Of a stretch of DNA of 64,000 nucleotides, positions 27,011-36,065 are shown one piece after another; position 1 is the first letter of the stretch; each line of letters opens with the position of its first letter. This DNA comes from Gemmatimonadales bacterium (GTDB taxonomy: Bacteria > Gemmatimonadota > Gemmatimonadetes > Gemmatimonadales > GWC2-71-9): NCBI GenBank assembly GCA_035703525.1, contig DASSYA010000026.1:9866-73865 (forward strand), given 5' to 3'. Both the position numbers and the translations under genes were made by a program. The notes under the pieces are model-generated. The model saw only the letters and a program-made list of their open reading frames with translations, did no database searches and was not told where the DNA came from.

Positions 27011-27196
27011 TCACGCCGGCGTGGCCTTGGCCGAACATTCCCGGCAGACGGTGACGCCACGGATGGTGCAGACGAGACAGACGAAGGTGCCACAGACGTC
27101 ACACGGATAGCCTTCGGAGGCGCGCTCCTCCCGTCCGCAACTGCGGCAGAGCATGGCATCGCGCTCGACGAGCTCGGGACGATTGGTGGCAGCCAT
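27011..27196 (-). CDS. Small cysteine-rich protein with four CxxC pairs (61 aa)
   Basis: CRSC, CDVC, CLVC and CREC motifs. Its ATG is in an ATGA overlap with the stop of the upstream NtrC-like gene. GC3-rich. Confidence 0.5.
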   Translation of the reverse strand: MAATNRPELVERDAMLCRSCGREERASEGYPCDVCGTFVCLVCTIRGVTVCRECSAKATPA

Positions 27197-28539
27197 CAGT
27201 TCGGTATCGCGTATCGCTTGATCTTGGCGATGAGTGTGGCCCGGGAGATGCCAAGTTCCTCTGCTGCCCGGGTCCGGTTGCCCCCGTGGTGCTTGAGGGT
27301 CCGTTCAATATGCATCCGTTCGACCTCGGCCATCGTGAGCGGGGTGTGGCGCCGATCGAAGGGGCCGGATCGATCACGAAACTCGCCTGGCAGGTGCTCG
27401 ACCCCGATGGCTGGGCGCCCTCTTGCCAGCAGACACGCCCGCTCCAGCACGTGGCGCACCTCAAGGAAGTTACCTGGCCACGGGTGGGCCACCAACCGCT
27501 CCAGGGCGCTGTCCCCCAGGATCATGGGGGCTCCGGGCACGCCACGCGCCGCCAGCCGAAGGATTCGTTGCATCGCGACGGCCTGCGCCTCGGGGGACAG
27601 CTCCCGGAGCGGCGGTACGGCCAACCGGCCGGGCTTGATCCGGAAGAAGAGTCCTGAGTCGAGCAGCCCGGCGGTCGCGAGCTCACCGATCGGGGAGTTG
27701 GCCGTGAAGATCATCCTGACATCGACCGGGATCTCGCGAACCCCGCCGAGTCGCCGAACGGCCCGGTGTTCGAGCGCCTCAGCCAACCGCGCCTGGACCG
27801 GGAGTGGCGTCTGCCCGATCTCGCGCAACAACAGCGTCCCCTGGTCGGCGACCTGGATCAGGCCGGGTCGGAGCGGACGGCTCGCTGTGGCCTCACTCTC
27901 GACTCCGAACAGCGTCGCTTCCAGCGCCTGCGCATCGGTGCTGGTCGCCGTGGCCTCGATGAACGCCTCACCACGCCGGGGCGAGTGCTCATGAATCAGT
28001 CGGGCCACCTCCGCTCGTCCACTGCCCGTCTCCCCTTCGATCACGAGGGCCATGCGGTCGGATTGTGCCAGCGTGATGGCCTGTTCGCGAAGCCGACGCA
28101 TCGCGGGTGCATCGCCCAGGATGTCGAGCAACGTATCGGATTGTGACTGGCCGATCAGCGCCTGGTTCACCCGTCGCAGCCGGACCTTCTCGGCCGCGCG
28201 TGTCGCCGCGGCCAGCAGATGGGCCAGATCGACCGGCTTGAGCAGGAAGGTCTCGGCGCCGAGGGTCATCGCCCGGACGGCTGTCGGGAGATGGTCGTCG
28301 CCGGTCAGGACAATCACCGCGGTGTTGCTCGAGTCGAGCGCGTCGAGGACCTCGAGGCCGTCCATCCCTGGCAGGTGCATGTCCACCAGGACCACATCGC
28401 TCCGGACCCGGTTGAACGTGGCAAGCCCCGCCTCCCCGGCCAGTTCCCGGTGGACATCCCACCCCTCGTGCTCGAAGGCGGAGCCGAGCACCTGGAGCAG
28501 GGCGATGTCGTCGTCGATGATCAGGATCGAGTTGGCCAT
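27196..28539 (-). CDS. NtrC-family response regulator (REC-AAA+-Fis HTH) with degenerate AAA+ motifs
   Basis: MANSILIIDDD...VLVDMHLPGMDG (REC). GETGSGRAEVA (Walker A, K to R). LFGVESEATASRP in place of GAFTGA. GTLLLREIG (Walker B, D to R). C-terminal NRTRAAEELGISRATL HTH. The 853-aa track ORF over-extends upstream. Confidence 0.8.
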   Translation of the reverse strand: MANSILIIDDDIALLQVLGSAFEHEGWDVHRELAGEAGLATFNRVRSDVVLVDMHLPGMDGLEVLDALDSSNTAVIVLTGDDHLPTAVRAMTLGAETFLLKPVDLAHLLAAATRAAEKVRLRRVNQALIGQSQSDTLLDILGDAPAMRRLREQAITLAQSDRMALVIEGETGSGRAEVARLIHEHSPRRGEAFIEATATSTDAQALEATLFGVESEATASRPLRPGLIQVADQGTLLLREIGQTPLPVQARLAEALEHRAVRRLGGVREIPVDVRMIFTANSPIGELATAGLLDSGLFFRIKPGRLAVPPLRELSPEAQAVAMQRILRLAARGVPGAPMILGDSALERLVAHPWPGNFLEVRHVLERACLLARGRPAIGVEHLPGEFRDRSGPFDRRHTPLTMAEVERMHIERTLKHHGGNRTRAAEELGISRATLIAKIKRYAIPN

Positions 28540-28616
28540 GAGCTCCAGCAGCGTGGGGAGCGGGTTGCGTCCAGCCCGGAATCTAAGACCGCCTCCACGA
28601 AGTGCCGCGGCACCGC

Positions 28617-29525
28617 TCAGGAGGGAGGCATCATGACCGAGATGGCGCCGGGGAGCACGGTGGCGGTGAACGGAGTCTCGCCACCCGGGTCGCCGTCGAG
28701 CTGCACCACCTGCTCCGCGCCCTCGGCCACCTCGACCCGCACCTCGGTGCCGCGGGCATGGGCGACGAAGACATCCTTGCCGTAGGTCCCGCCGCGCTCG
28801 GTCAGCAGGTCCCAGATCGCCCGCATGCTCTGGCCGATCGTGTCGGCGCCCAGCGCGATGACATCGAGCAGGCCATCGGTCGGGGAGATGCCCTGGCCCA
28901 GCTTGATGATCGGCGGGATCACCTCGCCGCAGTTGGCCACCAGCAGCATGGCGGCGTCGACCTGGAGTGGCTCGCCGTCGACCGTGACATGGAAGGGCAC
29001 GTTCCGGATCTCGGGAAGGATGCGGATCATCGTCGCGATGTAGGCCATCATGCCCCAGCGATGCTTCTGTGCGGAGGCGGTCTCCGTCATCACCCGGGCA
29101 TCCGCCCCCGCGCCGGCCGCAACGGCGAAGTACTGGTCTTCCCCCCCCCGCATGATGTGCCCGAGGTCGAGCGGGGCGGCACGTCCCGCGACCAGCGCCT
29201 CGGCGGCGCGCAGCGGGTTGAACGGGATCCGGAGGTTGCCGGCCAGCAGGTTGCCGGTCCCGCCGGGGAGCAGGCCGAGTGCCACGCCGGTGCCGACCAG
29301 TGCGCCGGCGGCCTGCATCGTGGTCCCGTCGCCGCCAAGCACCGCAACCACGTCCACCCCCTGCTCCACGCCGTAGGCGGCCAACCGTCGGGCGTCCCCG
29401 GAGCCGCCAGTCGCCAGCACTTCGAGTGACCAGCCCGCCCCGCGGAGCACCCGCTCGATTCCCCGGACCGTCTGGGCCTCGGTGCGCGCGGCGTTCGGGT
29501 TCGCGATCAGGATCGCACGCGCCAC
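28617..29525 (-). CDS. Diacylglycerol kinase-family lipid kinase (YegS/BmrU-like)
   Basis: ILIANPNA...VVAVLGGDGT...LGLLPGGTGN. GTG start directly abuts the tamB stop. Confidence 0.8.
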   Translation of the reverse strand: MARAILIANPNAARTEAQTVRGIERVLRGAGWSLEVLATGGSGDARRLAAYGVEQGVDVVAVLGGDGTTMQAAGALVGTGVALGLLPGGTGNLLAGNLRIPFNPLRAAEALVAGRAAPLDLGHIMRGGEDQYFAVAAGAGADARVMTETASAQKHRWGMMAYIATMIRILPEIRNVPFHVTVDGEPLQVDAAMLLVANCGEVIPPIIKLGQGISPTDGLLDVIALGADTIGQSMRAIWDLLTERGGTYGKDVFVAHARGTEVRVEVAEGAEQVVQLDGDPGGETPFTATVLPGAISVMMPPS

Positions 29526-32500
29526 TCAGTATTCCTTTTCCCAGAGGAGGTCCGCGCCGAGTTGATAGCGGCGCGCCACGCTGCTGAAGGCCTCGCTCAG
29601 GCGGTTGGTGACGCAGGTCTGCACCGGCTCGGCCGAGGCCTGCACCCGCCACTCCCGCGCGAACCGGTATTCGAGCGACGCACCGAAGTTCCGCGCGGAG
29701 ATCTGGCCGGCATCGTCGCCCCCGAGGCAGAAGCCGGCATTCGCCGTCACGAACCACTTCTCGCCGAGCTGCTTGCCGATCGCCAGTCGATTGAAGCTGG
29801 CCCCCGAAGTGGTGCCCAGCGGCAGTTCGGCGGAGAACTGGAAGAGATCGAGGCCGAATTGCTGGCCGAGGGCGCGGCCAGTCTCCCCGGCGAGGAGCCC
29901 GACGGCCGACTGCAACGCCAGACGATCGGACCCGCTCCCGAGTTGGGAGGACGGGCGCCCGAAGATCAGGTAGGAGATGATCTCGACCTGGGGCAGCTGG
30001 GAATTGGCCACGCTCAGCTCGACCTTCGGGACCTGGATGGTGCCGGTGATGCGTGCGATCACCGGGAGTTCGTCCCCCCCCTCGGTTCGGGCGAGGTGCT
30101 GGGCCTGGAGGTCGATCGAGGCGTTCAGGTCCGGCGTCCCGAAGAATCGCACCGTCCCGCGCTGGACATCGAAGTCGGTGGTCAGGAACCCGCCGAGCCG
30201 GAGGGTGTAGCGACCCCGGGGGGTCGACAGGTCACCATTCACCAGGTATTGGCTGCCGGTCTTCCGGACCGTGACGGCCCCTTCCATCTGGATGTCCGCA
30301 TCCTCCGACAGCAACCGGACATTGGTCCCGAGCTGGAAGCGCATGTTGTCGACGCGCAGGGAATCGAGGAATCGGTTCTGGAACGCCACACCGAGTCGCT
30401 GCTGCTTCAGCTCCTCGAGATCGACCAGGTTCGCGTAGGCCGGATCCTCGAGCTTGATCACATCCTTGCTGATGAGATCGGTGAAGTAGAGGGTGCTGTT
30501 GTCGAGCTGGATCGTGTTCCCGCTCAGCACGGGATTGGTGAGCGGACCGGTGAGGTGGGCCACGCCCGTCGGCCGGAGGACCAGGAAATCCGGGACATCC
30601 ATCGCGAGGAAGCCCCGCGAGTCGAAGGTGAGGTTGAGTCGCGGGTCGCTCAGGTCGGCGAAGCGCACATGGCCCCCGACGAGCAGGTCGCCCTCACCGG
30701 AGCTCAACAGGAGCGAATCGATCACCATGGAATCGCCGACGAATCGGGCCCGGCCGAAGATCGGGCCGTATCGTACGCCGAGGCTGGGCAAGGTCATCCG
30801 TCCCTCGACGATCTCGAGACTGCCCGCAAGGGCCGGAGCCTCCCAGGTGCCGCCGACCTGCAGGTCAAGGGAGACTGCGCCACGCGTGTCCCGGAGCGCG
30901 GGCGTCAACGCCTGGAGGATCGCGAGGTCGGCGGAGTCGGCATAGGCATGGATCTCGATCGGGCCCGGCAGTCGCCGCTCCTCACGGCTGGCAAGTGCGA
31001 GGTCGAACGGCAGGGACGCATCGACCTCGAGCACAGGGGAACCGGTCTTCCAGAAGGTGATGTTCGACCGGAGCAGTTCGTCCCGGTAGTCGAACACGGC
31101 GCGCGCGAGCGGTGGCTGCACGTCGCGGAAGATCGGTCCCGTCACCATCGCGTTGCCACGGAGTCGGGGCGATGAGCGTGATCCCGAGAGCCGCGCATCG
31201 ATCGAGGCGACCCCACGCACTTCCGTGGTGTCGCGCTGCGCCAGCGCGTAGAGGTCGGCCAGGTCGACCCCCACGGCCGAGAGATCCAGTTCACCGTCGC
31301 CACGCCCGGGGATCGACCCGGAGAGCTCGATCGTCCCACTGCCATCGATCGTGATCACGCGCAGGGTGTCGGTCAGCCGGATCATCTCGTCGGTGACCGT
31401 CGCCCGCACCGGTGCGGCAAGGGTCCAGGTCTGATGCGGCAGGCCCAGCCGCAGCGAATCGATCCCGATGATCCGGGTCGGGCCCTCGAGTCGGCGCCAA
31501 CCACCCACGGCGAGCATCGCGCTCGGCAGGTCACCGGTCGCGGAGACGGTGAGCGAGTCGCTTGTTCCACCGACGTCGACCGTGAGTCGTCGTGCCCGCA
31601 CGTCGTTGTGCTCGACCGAGTCGATGGTTGCCGTGAGCTGCAATCCACGCACGCTCAGGGAGTCGGTCGAGAGCTGGGCCGTGACACCAGTGACCGACCA
31701 CGCATCGAGCACGAGATTCTCCGCGTCGAGGTGCCCGGAGATCGCGGGATGCTCCAGGGAACCGACGACCGTGAACTCGCCACGCACCGTGCCATCGAAT
31801 GGGCGCGGCGTGACGCTGTCCCGGGTCAGGCCGAGGGTCGCGCGTGCCAACGAATCGAAGGCCGTGAGCCGCCGTGCCTGGGCCGTGATCGTGAGGGCCC
31901 CGCGGTCCTGCTCCGTCCAGCCGAGTGTCCCGTCCGCCCTGACCTCGCCGTCGGGCCATCGCACATCGGTGTCCGTGAAGGAGATCAGCCGCCCATCGCT
32001 CCGGACCAGGCCGCGTGCCTCGTCGATCGTCGCACCACCGATCCGGGACTGCCCGAGGTCGAGGGTCACGACACCGCGCGGCTTGACCAGCGAATCGAGG
32101 ACGCCCCGCACCACGATCCTGCCGTTGAGCGCGGTCGAGGTCCCCTGCCCGAGCATCGCATCCACGTCGAAGCGCCGGAGCACCAGCGACAACGAATCCG
32201 CGGCATAGTGAGGTGCATCGAGCGAGACGACTCCATCGGCCTCGACGGCGCCAAACTCTCCCGAGACATCGGCGGTGAGGGACAAGGAGTCGAGGCGCCC
32301 AGCCGCCCGGACCGTCCCCGTCAATGCACCGCGTGGACTCAGGGCCGGATACCCCGAGCGAAGTCCATCGAACGAAAGCGGATCGAAACGGGCATCGAGT
32401 TCGAGGCCCAGCACGGGACGGCGCGTATCGAGCCGGACCATGCCGATCATCCGGCTCAGCGCCCCGTTCGGTGCCTCATGCTCGGTGACCCCACGGAACG

Positions 32501-33917
32501 TGGCATCGTCCCACGCCCCATCGAGCTGCCCGCGGAGGGTCAGGGTGCCGGGCAGCGCGACCGCCGGCACCAGGTGGCGGACCGTCGCGAGGTCGAGCGT
32601 GGTCTGCTGCAGTCGCAGCGCATCGAAGACGGCCCCCGATGCCCCACCGAACCGCACCGCCCCATCGAAGACGAGGCGCGAGGTCGGGCGGCCCGCGGCG
32701 AGTGCGTCGACGAAATCCAGCGTGCCGCTGGTGCGGATCCGTGCGCGGTAGCCGTCGGCCCGCAACCGGCCGCTGAGCGTGCCATCGAACGGCAGGGTGT
32801 CGAGATACGGTCGCACGATGGCCAGGGGCACCGCACTCAAGGTCAGGTCCAGATCCCGGATCCCGAAACCCTGGTCATCGTCGACCATCGCCGTCAGTCG
32901 GCCGCGAGCCCGACTCGTGCCGTCGCCCAGGACCAGTGGGTCGAGGCGGAAATCCGTGTGGCGCGGCCCGGTCGAATGGGCCACCACCGTCCCGGCCCCC
33001 GTCCAGTCGGGGAAGTCGGGCTGGACCCAGCGCAGGTCCCGGAGCGCCACGGTGTCGGCCGCGAGGGTGAAGTCGAACTCCATGGCGCTGGTGGGCCACC
33101 GGACCGTCCCCCCCCCAGAAAGCACGGTGCCGGGAAGTGCGGCCCGATCGAGCGTGAAGCGGAGGGAGTCGCCCTGCTGCTCGAGCTGCCCGCGCGCCGC
33201 CACGATCGTGACCGCCGGCTCGCTCAGGGTGGCCGCAAAGCGGTCGAATTCCACGCGCAGGGGGTCGTCGGCGGGTGTCGAGACCCGGATCAGCGGGAAC
33301 GAGCCGTCGAGATGGGTGAGCCGCCGGACCCGGACCAGCCCGTCCGGGCTCGCGAGCACTTCCGGCCTGGCGGGCACGGCGCCATGCCGCGAGATCGGTA
33401 CCGGCGGGGGGACGGGGTCGGTCGGCGCATCCACCCGGATGGTCGCCGCCGTGGCCTGCACGTCGTGCAATTCGATCCGCGGGGGTGCCCCCCCCCCTGA
33501 ACCATGCCCGCTCCGGAAGATCTCCTGGTAGTTCCAGCGGTCCCGACGGAGTCGCACCAGATGGATATCGAGGCCATCGGCCCGGACGTTGCGGAGGATG
33601 ATCCGACCCGCGAGCAATTCGGGCAGGAGGTAGCGAAGTTCCAGGCGACGGGCGGACGCGAAGCGGGTACCGGTGGAGTCCCGCACCACGAGATCCTCGA
33701 GCACGAGGTGGTTGACGAGATTCCCGTGCATCGCCCCGATCTCGAGCCGGCCCGCGATCTGTCCGGTCAGCCAGTCCCCGGCACTCCGGGCCAGCAGGGC
33801 GCGACCGGGGGGGGAATACATCAGCGCCAGCAAGGTGCCCGCCACCGTCGCGAGCAGCACCAATGGCGGTCCCACGGACCAGGCCAGCACACGGCGGACA
33901 AGGCGTCGCCACCGCAT
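29526..33917 (-). CDS. tamB: TamB-like translocation and assembly module protein (AsmA-like, DUF490-type C-terminus)
   Basis: About 1460 aa. N-terminal anchor MRWRRLVRRVLAWSVGPPLVLLATVAG, a long beta-rich repetitive body, and C-terminal ...LEYRFAREWRVQASA... . ATGA overlap with the upstream Omp85 gene. Confidence 0.8.
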   Translation of the reverse strand: MRWRRLVRRVLAWSVGPPLVLLATVAGTLLALMYSPPGRALLARSAGDWLTGQIAGRLEIGAMHGNLVNHLVLEDLVVRDSTGTRFASARRLELRYLLPELLAGRIILRNVRADGLDIHLVRLRRDRWNYQEIFRSGHGSGGGAPPRIELHDVQATAATIRVDAPTDPVPPPVPISRHGAVPARPEVLASPDGLVRVRRLTHLDGSFPLIRVSTPADDPLRVEFDRFAATLSEPAVTIVAARGQLEQQGDSLRFTLDRAALPGTVLSGGGTVRWPTSAMEFDFTLAADTVALRDLRWVQPDFPDWTGAGTVVAHSTGPRHTDFRLDPLVLGDGTSRARGRLTAMVDDDQGFGIRDLDLTLSAVPLAIVRPYLDTLPFDGTLSGRLRADGYRARIRTSGTLDFVDALAAGRPTSRLVFDGAVRFGGASGAVFDALRLQQTTLDLATVRHLVPAVALPGTLTLRGQLDGAWDDATFRGVTEHEAPNGALSRMIGMVRLDTRRPVLGLELDARFDPLSFDGLRSGYPALSPRGALTGTVRAAGRLDSLSLTADVSGEFGAVEADGVVSLDAPHYAADSLSLVLRRFDVDAMLGQGTSTALNGRIVVRGVLDSLVKPRGVVTLDLGQSRIGGATIDEARGLVRSDGRLISFTDTDVRWPDGEVRADGTLGWTEQDRGALTITAQARRLTAFDSLARATLGLTRDSVTPRPFDGTVRGEFTVVGSLEHPAISGHLDAENLVLDAWSVTGVTAQLSTDSLSVRGLQLTATIDSVEHNDVRARRLTVDVGGTSDSLTVSATGDLPSAMLAVGGWRRLEGPTRIIGIDSLRLGLPHQTWTLAAPVRATVTDEMIRLTDTLRVITIDGSGTIELSGSIPGRGDGELDLSAVGVDLADLYALAQRDTTEVRGVASIDARLSGSRSSPRLRGNAMVTGPIFRDVQPPLARAVFDYRDELLRSNITFWKTGSPVLEVDASLPFDLALASREERRLPGPIEIHAYADSADLAILQALTPALRDTRGAVSLDLQVGGTWEAPALAGSLEIVEGRMTLPSLGVRYGPIFGRARFVGDSMVIDSLLLSSGEGDLLVGGHVRFADLSDPRLNLTFDSRGFLAMDVPDFLVLRPTGVAHLTGPLTNPVLSGNTIQLDNSTLYFTDLISKDVIKLEDPAYANLVDLEELKQQRLGVAFQNRFLDSLRVDNMRFQLGTNVRLLSEDADIQMEGAVTVRKTGSQYLVNGDLSTPRGRYTLRLGGFLTTDFDVQRGTVRFFGTPDLNASIDLQAQHLARTEGGDELPVIARITGTIQVPKVELSVANSQLPQVEIISYLIFGRPSSQLGSGSDRLALQSAVGLLAGETGRALGQQFGLDLFQFSAELPLGTTSGASFNRLAIGKQLGEKWFVTANAGFCLGGDDAGQISARNFGASLEYRFAREWRVQASAEPVQTCVTNRLSEAFSSVARRYQLGADLLWEKEY

Positions 33918-36001
33918 CAGAACGCGTGCCCGATCGAGAAATTGAGGTTCCAGCGCTTCAGGCGTTGACCGGTGAACCGTTCCTGCACCTGGATGAGATC
34001 GCCCGCCTCCGTTGCACTGTAGACCGGTCCCGATTCGAGTCGGTAATTGTTCCACGCCACATCGAGTCGGATCGGCCCGACCGGCGATGCCACCCGCAGG
34101 CCGACCCCGGGCGTGATCCGGAGCATCGCCGGCGTCCCGCCGTTCCAGAGCGCCCCGGCATCCACGAACGCCCCGAGTCGGAATCGGTCGCCCAGGAACG
34201 GCGTCGGGAAGCGCAACTCGACATTCGCCACCCCCAGTCGATTGCCGCCGGTCGCCGCCGACCGTACTTCCGACACCTTGGCCGGATCGATGGTTCCGTC
34301 ACCCGTGAGGGCACTGCGGGGAACGACATAGACCTGCGGACCGAGCTCGTTCCGCCCGAAACCCCGGACATCATTGGCACCGCCGAGATAGAAACGCTGC
34401 TCGGGCGGCACGAAGTTGGCCCGACCACTCTCGAAGTCGATCTTCGGTGCCACCACCGCGCCCGCCTTGGCATGCAGGGCAAGGACCACCCGGCGGGACA
34501 CCGGGAGGTACTTCGACCCCTCGGCCACCACCCGCACGAACTCGGTCAGGTCGGACGAACCGAGGTAGCGGGACGAGATGGTCAGGTCCGCGGTCAGGAC
34601 CGAACCCCGCGTCGGATTGAGCAGGTTGTTGACCCGGCTCCGCGTGGCGTTGGCACTCAGCGTGACGAGTACTCGACGCTGGCGAAGCTGTGCGACATCC
34701 GCGATGGCACAGGCGTTGAAGAACTGGCAGAACACGACGTCATTCGCCTCGGTCTGCCCGAACGAGACCCGATAGCCGAAGGTCAGCGGGATCCGGGCTG
34801 CCGTCTCGCGAGTGAGCGAGATGCCGGCTCCGACTTCCTCCCGCAGGTACACCATGTACTCGGACCGACGCTCGCTGAACAGGGACAGGGCGAGCGTGTT
34901 GTCAGGCGAGAGGAAGCCCGGCCGACGGAGCGTCACGTCGAGGCCGTAGTTCACCAGTCGCGAGCCGATCGAGTCTGCGGCGAGGGACGAGCAGACGGAA
35001 CGCTCGAGGCCGAGCCCGAAGGGGGCGCCCACCCCGAGCTTCGAGATGCGACCGGACACGTCAACCACACGACCGTTCCCGAGGAAATTGCGCGCCGTCC
35101 ACCCGGCCCCGAGTCGGAAGCAGTCGTTCGTCGCGTAGCCGGCGAGCGCACGGGCGCGATGCGTCTTGCCCTCGACCACCGAGACGAGGATCGGGACGAC
35201 CGGGTCTCCCTCATGAAAGCGGCTCGTGTCGATCCCGACCGTCGCGCCACGGAAGAGTTCGGACTGGTAGAGCGCGCGCTGTGAACGGTAGAGATCATCA
35301 AGGCGGTACGATTCGCCGGACCGGGCCGTCACCAGCGAGGCGATGAACGCGGTGTCGATCTCGGTCGCACCGGTGACCGTCACCTCACCGAAGACCGCCG
35401 GAGTGCCGGGCGTGACGATCAGCTGCACGGCCGCCGTTCGCGCTACGGGATCCGTCGTCGACGCCGTGTCGACGGTCGCGGTCGGATAGCCATCGTTCCT
35501 GAGCCGGAGGGCCAGGGTATCCATCGTGCTGTTGAGGATGTACCGATTGAAGACGTCCCCGACCTCGAGCGGCAGGTCCCGGATCAGCGCGCGCCGGTTG
35601 ACCGCCTGGTCCAGTCCCGTGACCTCCAGGCTGGCAACCCGGACCGGTCGACCCTCGGTGATCCGGAACGTGGCGCGCACACCATCCTCGGACCGGATGA
35701 CCGTCGTATCAACGGTCACATCGGGGAATCCGCTGTACTTGTAGAACACCTCGAGCCCGAGCACGTCCCGCCGGAACTGGTACTCCCCGAATCGGCGCTT
35801 CTCGCCGAAGCCGAGTTGCCGGATCACCGGCGTCCGGACCAGCCAACTCGAGTTGGTGGTCGCCACGCGGCTCGCGAGCGTGACATCGTCGTAGTAGGAA
35901 TTCCCCTCGAAGGAGAGACCGCGGACCGTCAACTCCTCGGACTGCCCCGCGAGAGGGCCGACCAGGCAGGCGAGGAGCGAGAGGAGCACGATTGACCGCA
36001 T
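33917..36001 (-). CDS. Omp85-family outer membrane protein with POTRA domains (TamA/BamA-like)
   Basis: Signal peptide, POTRA-like repeats (LTVRGLSFEGN..., RPVRVASLEVTG...), and a C-terminal beta-barrel ending NLNFSIGHAF with terminal Phe. Confidence 0.85.
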   Translation of the reverse strand: MRSIVLLSLLACLVGPLAGQSEELTVRGLSFEGNSYYDDVTLASRVATTNSSWLVRTPVIRQLGFGEKRRFGEYQFRRDVLGLEVFYKYSGFPDVTVDTTVIRSEDGVRATFRITEGRPVRVASLEVTGLDQAVNRRALIRDLPLEVGDVFNRYILNSTMDTLALRLRNDGYPTATVDTASTTDPVARTAAVQLIVTPGTPAVFGEVTVTGATEIDTAFIASLVTARSGESYRLDDLYRSQRALYQSELFRGATVGIDTSRFHEGDPVVPILVSVVEGKTHRARALAGYATNDCFRLGAGWTARNFLGNGRVVDVSGRISKLGVGAPFGLGLERSVCSSLAADSIGSRLVNYGLDVTLRRPGFLSPDNTLALSLFSERRSEYMVYLREEVGAGISLTRETAARIPLTFGYRVSFGQTEANDVVFCQFFNACAIADVAQLRQRRVLVTLSANATRSRVNNLLNPTRGSVLTADLTISSRYLGSSDLTEFVRVVAEGSKYLPVSRRVVLALHAKAGAVVAPKIDFESGRANFVPPEQRFYLGGANDVRGFGRNELGPQVYVVPRSALTGDGTIDPAKVSEVRSAATGGNRLGVANVELRFPTPFLGDRFRLGAFVDAGALWNGGTPAMLRITPGVGLRVASPVGPIRLDVAWNNYRLESGPVYSATEAGDLIQVQERFTGQRLKRWNLNFSIGHAF

Positions 36002-36065
36002 CTCCTAAATCTGGTTACTTGAAGGGGTTACGCCAACCTGCTCCCGCCGGAGAGCCACCGACCCG

